A DNA stretch of 64,000 nucleotides from Oscillospiraceae bacterium (lineage in GTDB: Bacteria > Bacillota > Clostridia > Oscillospirales > Ruminococcaceae). The stretch lies in contig CAVBNV010000001.1 in NCBI GenBank assembly GCA_963596815.1, positions 129,307 to 193,306 on the forward strand, in the 5' to 3' direction. Below, piece by piece: positions 51,250-59,068 of the stretch (positions within the stretch are counted from its first letter, which is position 1; the number at the start of each line of letters is the position of its first letter). The notes beneath the pieces were generated by a model that made no database searches, was not told where the DNA came from, and worked only from the letters and a program-made list of their open reading frames with translations. The translations under genes were made by a program, and so were the position numbers.

Positions 51250-52224
51250 GTGGTGCCCATGATGCTGGAAAGAATGGCAGGTAATGCGGAGCTGAAGGCC
51301 AGCATAAAGCTGATGCTTGACTCGCGCCGCCTGACACACAGCATACTTTTGGTGGGTGAAGAAGGACTTGGAGCAGGCTTTGCTGCACGATGCATTGCGG
51401 CAGATTACCTTTATCCGGCAGGAGGTGCGCCGGCAGAGTCGCTGCTGCGCGGAGAATGCTGCCATGCGGTGGCGAAAGCAGGCAAGCGCGACAGCGGTCA
51501 TGTGGAAACAGGCATTGTGCGTGAGGCGATTGCGGTGGAAGGAATGGGCAGCGGCGGCAGGTACCTTGTGGGACAGGTCACCGCAATGCGCGCGGAGATT
51601 TTTAATACAAGCCTTTCGGCACGTGGACGTGCGGTGCTGCTTTACCACGTGGAGAGAATGAATGAGGAGTCGGCAAATGCGCTGCTTAAGGTGATGGAAG
51701 AGCCGCCGGAAGACGTTTTGTTTTTGTTGACGGCAGACTCGCTGGCAGGTGTTCTGCCTACGATTCGCAGCCGATGTGTCAGTTTTGCAATGGCGCCGGT
51801 TTCGGCTGAGGAATGTGCAGAGTATTGCACAAAACAGGGTGTAGAGAAAAAAACAGCTTCCCTTTACGGAGAGCTGTTTGATGGTCATATCGGTACGGTT
51901 CTTGCCGCTGCACAGGACGAAACGCGAACCGTGCAGGTGCAGCAGGCCTTAAAGCTTGCGACAGCCGCACAGGAAAAGGACAGCTATCGTGCAGCAGTCC
52001 TGCTTGCCGGCTGCGAAAAAGAAAAAGCAGCCGCAGCAGCTCTGCTGACAGATCTGCGTGCGGTAGCGGCGGCCGGCATGAAGCAGAGCAAATATGCCCC
52101 TGTGCAGGGCGATACGGCCCGTAAATTGATCAAAATAACAGATTCTGCCTTGCAGCGTCTTGCAGCGCAGGTGAACCCCAGGATTGTACTGACGATGTAT
52201 GCGGCAATGTTTCGCACGTTATGA
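51250..52224 (+). CDS. holB: DNA polymerase III delta' subunit
   Basis: RLTHSILLVG, MNEESANALLKVMEEPP, LPTIRSRC (SRC motif). Confidence 0.85.
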   Translation: MVPMMLERMAGNAELKASIKLMLDSRRLTHSILLVGEEGLGAGFAARCIAADYLYPAGGAPAESLLRGECCHAVAKAGKRDSGHVETGIVREAIAVEGMGSGGRYLVGQVTAMRAEIFNTSLSARGRAVLLYHVERMNEESANALLKVMEEPPEDVLFLLTADSLAGVLPTIRSRCVSFAMAPVSAEECAEYCTKQGVEKKTASLYGELFDGHIGTVLAAAQDETRTVQVQQALKLATAAQEKDSYRAAVLLAGCEKEKAAAAALLTDLRAVAAAGMKQSKYAPVQGDTARKLIKITDSALQRLAAQVNPRIVLTMYAAMFRTL

Positions 52225-52232
52225 TATGAGAT

Positions 52233-52353
52233 AAAAAACAGAAACTCCCTCCGGCGCTTGCGGTACACCGGAGGGAGTTTCTGTTTGGGGTATTGCTTTG
52301 GTGTGAGGAGGAATCATGTGCAGGAAGATGGTTGCGGCCCCATCTTTCCTACA
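52233..52353 (-). ncRNA. Putative sRNA, copy B
   Basis: Minus strand: ATGACT-17-TATACT (-10 at 52360-52365), 5' hairpin, core acatgattcctcctcacaccaaagcaata, terminator shared with holB. Confidence 0.7.
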
Positions 52354-52520
52354 GCATATAGTATACACGACTTTCGGGAGAAAGTCATTATGTTTTTGTG
52401 AAAAACTGTGAAAAAAAAGAGAAAATAATGATTGTAAAGAAAAGCCTTTTTTAAAATAAATTAAACAAATGCTAAAAATTGATGAAATAGGCAAAATAAA
52501 ATAAAGCCGACGAAAAAGTG

Positions 52521-53048
52521 TTATTCTTTAAGGATGCCGCACAGCTCGGCGGAATGCATTTTGCCGTATTCCACGTAGTGAAGAGCGTTTGCTAAGTTAT
52601 CTGCGATTTGGTCGGGGCGCAGCTGCTTGACCACTTTTGCGGGGACACCGACCGCAACCGAGCCGTCCGGAATCGTCATGCCTTCCGGTACAAGAGCACC
52701 GGCACCGATGATGCAATTTTTGCCGACGGCGCAGTTGTTGAGCAATGTGGCATTCATACCGACAAGGGTGCCGTCGCCGACGGTGCAGTCGTGTACAATG
52801 GCGCCGTGACCGACGGTAACAGCGCTGCCAAGCACGACTTTGCCGCCAACATCGCAGTGCAGCACGGCGTTGTCCTGTACATTGCTGTTTTCGCCTATGA
52901 TCAGCGGTCCGTCATCGCCGCGCAAAACGGCACCGTACCAAATGCTTGAACCGCGCTTCAAAACAACATTTCCGAGCACGGTTGCGCTTGGTGCCACAAA
53001 AACGGCACCTTCGTCGACGGGGACTTTTCCACCAAATGATAAAATCAT
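52521..53048 (-). CDS. Gamma carbonic anhydrase family protein
   Basis: Hexapeptide repeats; IWYGAVLRGD, SNVQDNAVLH, VTVGHGAIVH, GVPAK. Confidence 0.93.
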   Translation of the reverse strand: MILSFGGKVPVDEGAVFVAPSATVLGNVVLKRGSSIWYGAVLRGDDGPLIIGENSNVQDNAVLHCDVGGKVVLGSAVTVGHGAIVHDCTVGDGTLVGMNATLLNNCAVGKNCIIGAGALVPEGMTIPDGSVAVGVPAKVVKQLRPDQIADNLANALHYVEYGKMHSAELCGILKE

Positions 53049-53132
53049 GTTAAAAACTACCTTTCTCTTTTGTCTCGTTTATGATATGCTTTATGATATA
53101 GAGAAGCGGATGCTGAAAAGGGGGAGAAGCTG

Positions 53133-54425
53133 ATGTCCAACAAAAACATGATCCGACGTGTACAAGCGCTGGCTCTTACCGCAATGCTGATGGCTGCAAT
53201 GCTTTTGCCGTGCATGGCTGCCTATGAGATGCCAATCGAAACGGCAGCCGCTGAGGAAGCGGTTTACATGTTTGATGCGGATACCGGCAAACCGATTTTA
53301 CAGCAAAATGCGGACGAGCAAAGGTACATTGCGAGCCTGACCAAGCTAATGGCAGCGCTGCTTGTGGTAGAGAGCGACAAAGAAGGCAATGCTGTGGTGA
53401 CAGTGCCGGCAGAGCTGACGCAGGAGCTTAAGGATATCCGTAATGCCAACGGCACAACGATTGGCCTGAGAATCGGGGAAACGCTGACAGAAAAGGATCT
53501 GCTTTATGCAATGGTGCTGGGCAGTGCAAACGATGCGACGAGCACGCTTGCTTACAGTACGGCGGGCAGCCTTGCAGCTTTTGTGAAAGAAATGAACGCA
53601 CGTGCGGAGGAGCTCGGGTGCACTGCTACCAGCTTTAGCTGCGCGCACGGTCTATACGATTACGGTAATGCTGCGACTGCACGGGATCTGGGAAAAATAG
53701 CTGCGGCATGCAACGAAAACGAGGAGTTTGTACGGGTTGTAAAAACGGACACCTACACGCTGCAGACAACGAACTACCACGCAGAGCAGCGGACGATTGG
53801 CGTATTAAACCCGCTGATGGACACAGAGAGCGGATATTACCGTGACTACATCCAGTGGGCGAAAGGCGGGTTTACCACACTGGCAGGGCGATGCATTGTT
53901 GCCTTTGCACAAAAGGACGGCCACACATACGGTCTTGTGATCCTTGGATGTGACAGTCAGGAGCATCTGTATGCAGAGTGCGATGCGTTGTTTGACTGGG
54001 CATTTGAAAGCTTTTGTGACCGTGAGCTGGTTGACACGGAAACGGAATTGACGGCGGTAGCGCTGAACAAATGCCGCACAAGCGATGTGGCAGAGCTGTA
54101 TGCGGCGGATGCGGTCAGCGGCTATGGACACGAGGACGACAAGGTGACATATTCGTTTGATGTGCCGGACAGCATCTCTGCAACGGTAGATAACGGGCAG
54201 GTCGTTGGTACAGCAACGGTATATCTGGATGGCTACGAGGTGGGCGTTGTAAACCTTGTGACGCACAGGGAGTATGTGTCCGAGTTCCGCACGGACTGCA
54301 AGGCGACGCTGCTGTTGCTGGTTGGTCTGGTCTTTTGCTTGAGCGTGCTGACTGCGGCGACGATCGCGCTGGGTGGCGGAAGCCTTAAAACGAGCAGATA
54401 TCGCAACAGGCGCAAAAGAAGATAG
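53133..54425 (+). CDS. D-alanyl-D-alanine carboxypeptidase (peptidase S11)
   Basis: IASLTK (SxxK), SAN, KGG variant of KTG; signal peptide and C-terminal TM. Confidence 0.9.
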   Translation: MSNKNMIRRVQALALTAMLMAAMLLPCMAAYEMPIETAAAEEAVYMFDADTGKPILQQNADEQRYIASLTKLMAALLVVESDKEGNAVVTVPAELTQELKDIRNANGTTIGLRIGETLTEKDLLYAMVLGSANDATSTLAYSTAGSLAAFVKEMNARAEELGCTATSFSCAHGLYDYGNAATARDLGKIAAACNENEEFVRVVKTDTYTLQTTNYHAEQRTIGVLNPLMDTESGYYRDYIQWAKGGFTTLAGRCIVAFAQKDGHTYGLVILGCDSQEHLYAECDALFDWAFESFCDRELVDTETELTAVALNKCRTSDVAELYAADAVSGYGHEDDKVTYSFDVPDSISATVDNGQVVGTATVYLDGYEVGVVNLVTHREYVSEFRTDCKATLLLLVGLVFCLSVLTAATIALGGGSLKTSRYRNRRKRR

Positions 54426-54427
54426 TA

Positions 54428-54467
54428 ATAAAGCCCTCGACGCTTTATGCTGCGTCGAGGGCTTTAT
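54428..54467. terminator. Bidirectional terminator
   Basis: ataaagccctcgacgc/gcgtcgagggctttat. Confidence 0.85.
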
Positions 54468-55234
54468 TACAGTGCGCCGTAAATGCCGCGGACGGACACC
54501 TCACCGGTAAAAACATGCTGCTCACCGTCGGCGGTGCGGACGATCAGACGACCCTCATCATCCACATCGACAGCCTCCCCGCTGCCAAGTGCGCCGTTGG
54601 GCAGATCGAAGGTGACGTGGCGGCCAAGGTTGATACAGGCTGCTTTGTACTCGTTGCGGATCGAAGTAAAGCCATCACGTGCATAGGAATACAGGGCACG
54701 GTCAAACCCGAAATCCGTCAATGCTTCGGCGAGCCAGTGGGGGTCTGTTTCAAGGTCAACACACGCACCCTGCAGGGCAAGCGAAGTGCCGTTGGGCAAA
54801 CCGGCGGCGTCGAAATAGCTTTGCGGCTGTGCAAGGTTGATGCCGATGCCGCAGAGGATGCCGCGTCCCTGCTGCTGAAAGCCGTAGCTGACGCTCTCGC
54901 ACAGGATACCAACGATTTTTTTGCCGTTCAGCAGCAAATCGTTAGGCCATTTGATCTGACATTTTACACCGTATCGCGCCTCAAGCTGCTGACTTACGGC
55001 AAGGCTTGCCAGCAGTGGCAACGTGGAGGGCTGTGCCAGGGGCTCTTTGATGGCAACGGTATAATACAATGCGCGACCCTCTGCATTGATCCAGGTACGT
55101 CCAAGACGTCCGCGTCCGGCGGTTTGATTTTGCGTATAGACAGCGGCGACCGGACCGAATTCTTCAAAATGCTCCTTCACATAGGCATTTGTACTGCCGC
55201 ATTCCGGCAGATAGCGCACTTCATTAATACTCAT
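54467..55234 (-). CDS. birA: Biotin protein ligase without an HTH (class I)
   Basis: GSTN, QTAGRGRLGRTW, IKWPND, KIVGILCE, GIGIN. Confidence 0.93.
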   Translation of the reverse strand: MSINEVRYLPECGSTNAYVKEHFEEFGPVAAVYTQNQTAGRGRLGRTWINAEGRALYYTVAIKEPLAQPSTLPLLASLAVSQQLEARYGVKCQIKWPNDLLLNGKKIVGILCESVSYGFQQQGRGILCGIGINLAQPQSYFDAAGLPNGTSLALQGACVDLETDPHWLAEALTDFGFDRALYSYARDGFTSIRNEYKAACINLGRHVTFDLPNGALGSGEAVDVDDEGRLIVRTADGEQHVFTGEVSVRGIYGAL

Positions 55235-55722
55235 TGCTTCGGTACCTCTTTATGCTCATAGGCTGCAACGCTGCCGTTGTCAAGTGTTAACAGGCCGTAA
55301 GTGTTTGGACCGGTGTAGCAGCGGCCGCAGGACCCCGGGTTAAACAAAAATACCTTACCGCATTTTTTTGCAACCGGGATATGGGTGTGCCCAAACAAGG
55401 CAACCTCTGCACCGCGGGCAGAAGCGGCATCTGCGAGTGTGTCCAGATCGTATTTTACACCATACATATGACCGTGCGTGTAAAAAAGGATGACATGCTC
55501 AAAGGCGGCGAGGCCGTCCAAGGGCTCAAGCGCGCCGTAATCGCAGTTGCCGGCGACCGAATACGCCCGCAGATGAGGATATTTTGTCAGTGCCTGCTCC
55601 AGATCACGCAGACCGTCGCCGAGAAAAATGAGTGCGTCGATATTTTGAACTTCTGCCGCCAAAATACGCTCGATTGCGCTGCGACTGCCGTGACTGTCGC
55701 TCAAAATCAGAAGTTTTGTCAA
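55231..55722 (-). CDS. YfcE family metallophosphoesterase
   Basis: ILSDSHG, FLGD, GNCD, THGH, FGHTH, NPGS; TTG start inferred from a GGGGG RBS. Confidence 0.9.
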   Translation of the reverse strand: MTKLLILSDSHGSRSAIERILAAEVQNIDALIFLGDGLRDLEQALTKYPHLRAYSVAGNCDYGALEPLDGLAAFEHVILFYTHGHMYGVKYDLDTLADAASARGAEVALFGHTHIPVAKKCGKVFLFNPGSCGRCYTGPNTYGLLTLDNGSVAAYEHKEVPKQ

Positions 55723-55764
55723 AGGTAGTATCCCCCAATCCTGATTATATGCCAATAAATAGTG

Positions 55765-56604
55765 TTATTGAAGCAAAAGTAAGAGCTGCTTATAGACATC
55801 GCTCTTGGAAAAAGGTGTGTCCTGTGCAGCTGCCTTTGCGGCTGCAGATGTGCCAAAGCCCTGCTCGGTCAGTGCAAGCGCACGCTGTGCTGCCTGCTCA
55901 AGCGTCAATGTCTGCTCGCAGTTTGCATCTGCCGGTGCTCCTGCCATGACCAGAACATATTCGCCGCGTGGGTCGTTGTCGGTGTAATGCGCCACTGCTT
56001 CGCCGAGGGTCGTTTTCCAGATGTCCTCGTGCAGCTTTGTGAGCTCTCGGCAAAGGGTGATGCTGCGCTCTGCGCCGAAGGCGGCGGCAAGATCGCTGAG
56101 TGTGACACGCAATTTGTGCGGCGCTTCGTAAAAAATGATAGTGCGCTTCTCATTTAGCAGCTCGGCGATGCGCTCTTTTTTCTGCTTGCGGTTCACGGGC
56201 AGAAACCCCTCGAACACCCAGCGAGACGTGTCCTGACCGGAAACAGCCAGGGCGGTAACGCAGGCACTGGCGGCAGGTACCGGCACGACCTTGATACCGC
56301 GCTCGATCGCATCCCGCACAATCACCTCGCCGGGGTCAGAGACACACGGCATGCCGGCATCCGAGCAAAGCGCACAGCTCTCCCCTGCCTCAATGCGGCG
56401 CAGGATGCCCTCGCCTTTTTGCAGGGCATGCTCGTAATAGCTTACCATGGGCTTTTTCAGCCCGAGATAATTCAGCAGTTTCATGGTCACACGGGTGTCC
56501 TCAGCAGCAATAAAATCTGCACTGCCAAAGGTTGCGGCTACACGAGGCGGCATGTCCTCAAGGTTGCCGATGGGGGTGGCCACAATGTAAAGTGTTCCTG
56601 CCAT
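55765..56604 (-). CDS. rsmI: 16S rRNA C1402 2'-O-methyltransferase
   Basis: LYIVATPIGNLED, AEDTR, SDAGMP..SDPG, YEAPH, RELTKLHE. Confidence 0.96.
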   Translation of the reverse strand: MAGTLYIVATPIGNLEDMPPRVAATFGSADFIAAEDTRVTMKLLNYLGLKKPMVSYYEHALQKGEGILRRIEAGESCALCSDAGMPCVSDPGEVIVRDAIERGIKVVPVPAASACVTALAVSGQDTSRWVFEGFLPVNRKQKKERIAELLNEKRTIIFYEAPHKLRVTLSDLAAAFGAERSITLCRELTKLHEDIWKTTLGEAVAHYTDNDPRGEYVLVMAGAPADANCEQTLTLEQAAQRALALTEQGFGTSAAAKAAAQDTPFSKSDVYKQLLLLLQ

Positions 56605-56620
56605 AAATAGCCTCCTGAAT

Positions 56621-57295
56621 TTATCTTCCGTACAGAGCGGCACCGGCGCTTATCAGCACGTCCGGCTCTACACGCAGACCGGTTTTGCGGTTCTTTTGTG
56701 CTTCCACCAAAAAAAGCCACGGGGCAGCATCGGGACTGTTTTTCACAAAAGCAAGGCGCTTCGGCTCAAGGCGGTTGGTACGCAAAACAGACAAAACCTC
56801 TGCAAGACGCTCCGGTTTGTGGCAAAGGGCGAGCCTGCCGCCATCTTTCAGCAGCCGAAATGCGCAGCGGCACACATCCTCCAAGGTGCAATCGGTCTCG
56901 TGCCGTGCCGTTGCACGGGCAGCAGCGGCACTTTGCGGTCCGGCTGTAAAATAGGGCGGGTTGCATGCGCAAATATCAAAGCTGCCGGCATCCTGTGCAA
57001 AGGTGCGCAGGTCGGCGCAATAAGGTACAATGTGATCGATCTGCTGCTCTTGCAGAGCATTTTGCAAAAGCAGGCTGCCCTCCGATTGCAGTTCGACAGC
57101 GGCGCATGGACCGCAATGGCCGCGGTCGTGCCATTCAAGTGAAACTATGCCGCACCCGGAGCACAAATCAACGGCACGCTGAAACCGCTTTGGCTCACAA
57201 AAACGTGCCAGAAGCAGCGCATCCGAACCGAAGCGGTGATTTTCGGTGCAATAAACCATGGTTCTATTATACAAGACTTCCGTTGAATGTTCCAT
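56621..57295 (-). CDS. tRNA1(Val) A37 N6-methyltransferase-like (YabB/TrmN6)
   Basis: FGSDALLLA, DLCSGCG, CNPPYF, ARHE, LEPKRL. Confidence 0.87.
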   Translation of the reverse strand: MEHSTEVLYNRTMVYCTENHRFGSDALLLARFCEPKRFQRAVDLCSGCGIVSLEWHDRGHCGPCAAVELQSEGSLLLQNALQEQQIDHIVPYCADLRTFAQDAGSFDICACNPPYFTAGPQSAAAARATARHETDCTLEDVCRCAFRLLKDGGRLALCHKPERLAEVLSVLRTNRLEPKRLAFVKNSPDAAPWLFLVEAQKNRKTGLRVEPDVLISAGAALYGR

Positions 57296-57359
57296 AGATA
57301 GCGTGTTGTTTCCTCTCCAAAAAAAGGTACACAAAATTATCGGAAATTTGTGCACAAAC

Positions 57360-57395
57360 AAAAAGCGGCAGACCTGTACGCCAGGTCTGCCGCAA
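57360..57395 (-). terminator. Terminator after the ferredoxin gene
   Basis: gcggcagacctg/caggtctgccgc followed by tttt on the minus strand. Confidence 0.85.
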
Positions 57396-57423
57396 AGAAC
57401 TTGCTTACAGCAACGACAGCTGA

Positions 57424-57594
57424 TTATTCAGCGGTGATTGCACCAGTGGGGCATGCACCCTCACATGCGCCGCAATCGATGCAGGAATCTGCATTGACAA
57501 CAGCAACGCCGCCATCGATAGCGACAGCGCCAACCGGGCAAGCGCCCTCACAAGCGCCGCAGCCAACACATGCGTCAGAAACCTTGTGTGCCAT
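57424..57594 (-). CDS. 2[4Fe-4S] clostridial-type ferredoxin (not in the ORF track)
   Basis: Manual translation MAHKVSDACVGCGACEGACPVGAVAIDGGVAVVNADSCIDCGACEGACPTGAITAE; AGGAG RBS; TTGCCT-17-TAGAAT promoter. Confidence 0.96.
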   Translation of the reverse strand: MAHKVSDACVGCGACEGACPVGAVAIDGGVAVVNADSCIDCGACEGACPTGAITAE

Positions 57595-57870
57595 AATAAA
57601 CTCTCCTTTTATCCCCGTGCCATCATCAAATATGAAGAACTGTGCACCGGCACGGCTGTCACGCAGCTCCTCGGAAATCTATCCTTGACTGCATTCTAAC
57701 AAAGCAAAAAAGAAAAGGCAAGACTAACCGTATCACGTTGGAATTGATTTTTCTTTTTTTGGTGGGTTGCACAAAAGCATCGGCTAACTTATGGATAAAA
57801 TTGAAGGAGATTTTCAGTAAAAATAACGAATAACAGTTAGTTTTCGCTTACTAACTGAATCCGTACCGCA

Positions 57871-58794
57871 TTATTTTTTACAGCCGGGACAACGAGGACC
57901 TTCATCGGACGAGGCAACGACCGGGGCAGGGTCACGCACACCGGAATAATCATCCTCTGGGTCGGGACGACGGGGTGCACGTTTGCCGCCGCTGATGTAC
58001 TCACACACGCCGACCTTATAATAGCGTGGGGAAAGGCTCTCGGAGCCGCAGCGTACCCGCAGATAGCCGGAGATAGGGTTTACCTCCAATACGGTGCCCA
58101 GCCCGTCCGGGGTGCGCACTGTGCTGCCGACCATGGGCATGATACTGTTCAGGTATTCGTAAGCACTTTCCTCGTAGGCAAGGCAGCACATAAGGCGACC
58201 GCATGCACCGCTGATTTTTGTGGGGTTGAGCGAAAGCCCCTGCTCCTTTGCCATTTTGATGGAAACCGGCTGGAAATCCTTCAAAAAACGGCTGCAGCAA
58301 AACGGCTGACCGCAAATGCCCAGACCGCCAATCATTTTGCTTTCGTCACGCACACCGATCTGCCGCAGCTCGATGCGTGTGTGAAAAATGCTGGCAAGGT
58401 CCTTGACGAGATCGCGAAAATCGACACGCCCGTCAGCGGTGAAATAAAACATAATTTTGGAGCGGTCCAATGTGTACTCTGCCTCTACGAGCTTCATTTC
58501 CAGACCGTGACGTGCGATGCAGTCCTGACAGGTGTGAAATGCCTTTTTTTCATCCTCACGGTTTTGCCGCATGCGGCGCACATCGACGCTGTCCGCCATG
58601 CGTGTGATGGTCTTGAGCGCCTTTGGCACGGCAGCGTCGGTGACCTCCTTTACACCCTGCACCACTTCGCCGCATTCGATGCCGCGCGCAGTCTCCACAA
58701 TAACATAGTCACCGGTGTGGATATCGGCATCGGCCGGATCAAAATAATAGCTTTTGCCGCCCTCTTTGAAGCGGACAGAAATGACTTTTTTCAT
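57871..58794 (-). CDS. ricT: PSP1 domain protein RicT/YaaT
   Basis: YYFDP, VETARG, GRVDFR, RIELRQIGVRDE, CGQPFCC, KISGACGRLMCCLAYE. Confidence 0.93.
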   Translation of the reverse strand: MKKVISVRFKEGGKSYYFDPADADIHTGDYVIVETARGIECGEVVQGVKEVTDAAVPKALKTITRMADSVDVRRMRQNREDEKKAFHTCQDCIARHGLEMKLVEAEYTLDRSKIMFYFTADGRVDFRDLVKDLASIFHTRIELRQIGVRDESKMIGGLGICGQPFCCSRFLKDFQPVSIKMAKEQGLSLNPTKISGACGRLMCCLAYEESAYEYLNSIMPMVGSTVRTPDGLGTVLEVNPISGYLRVRCGSESLSPRYYKVGVCEYISGGKRAPRRPDPEDDYSGVRDPAPVVASSDEGPRCPGCKK

Positions 58795-59068
58795 ATTGTT
58801 CCTCGTTCTGGTTGTCAATCTATCGGATAAGCCTGCAAAAGAGGCTGCTACTCCATTCTAAATCAGTATAACATATTCAGATACATATTTCCATGAAAAA
58901 TTGAAATACAGCCATCCGACAGAGGCACAAAAGCATGTGTATGAGGGTAAAAAAACGTAAAAGTTTTAAAAATTAACAGCCTTGTGCTATTGCAACGCTC
59001 CCCGGTGCGTGTATAATAGGACTGTTAAAACAATGTTAGCCGCATTTGCGGGGGAACGGTAGGAAAAA

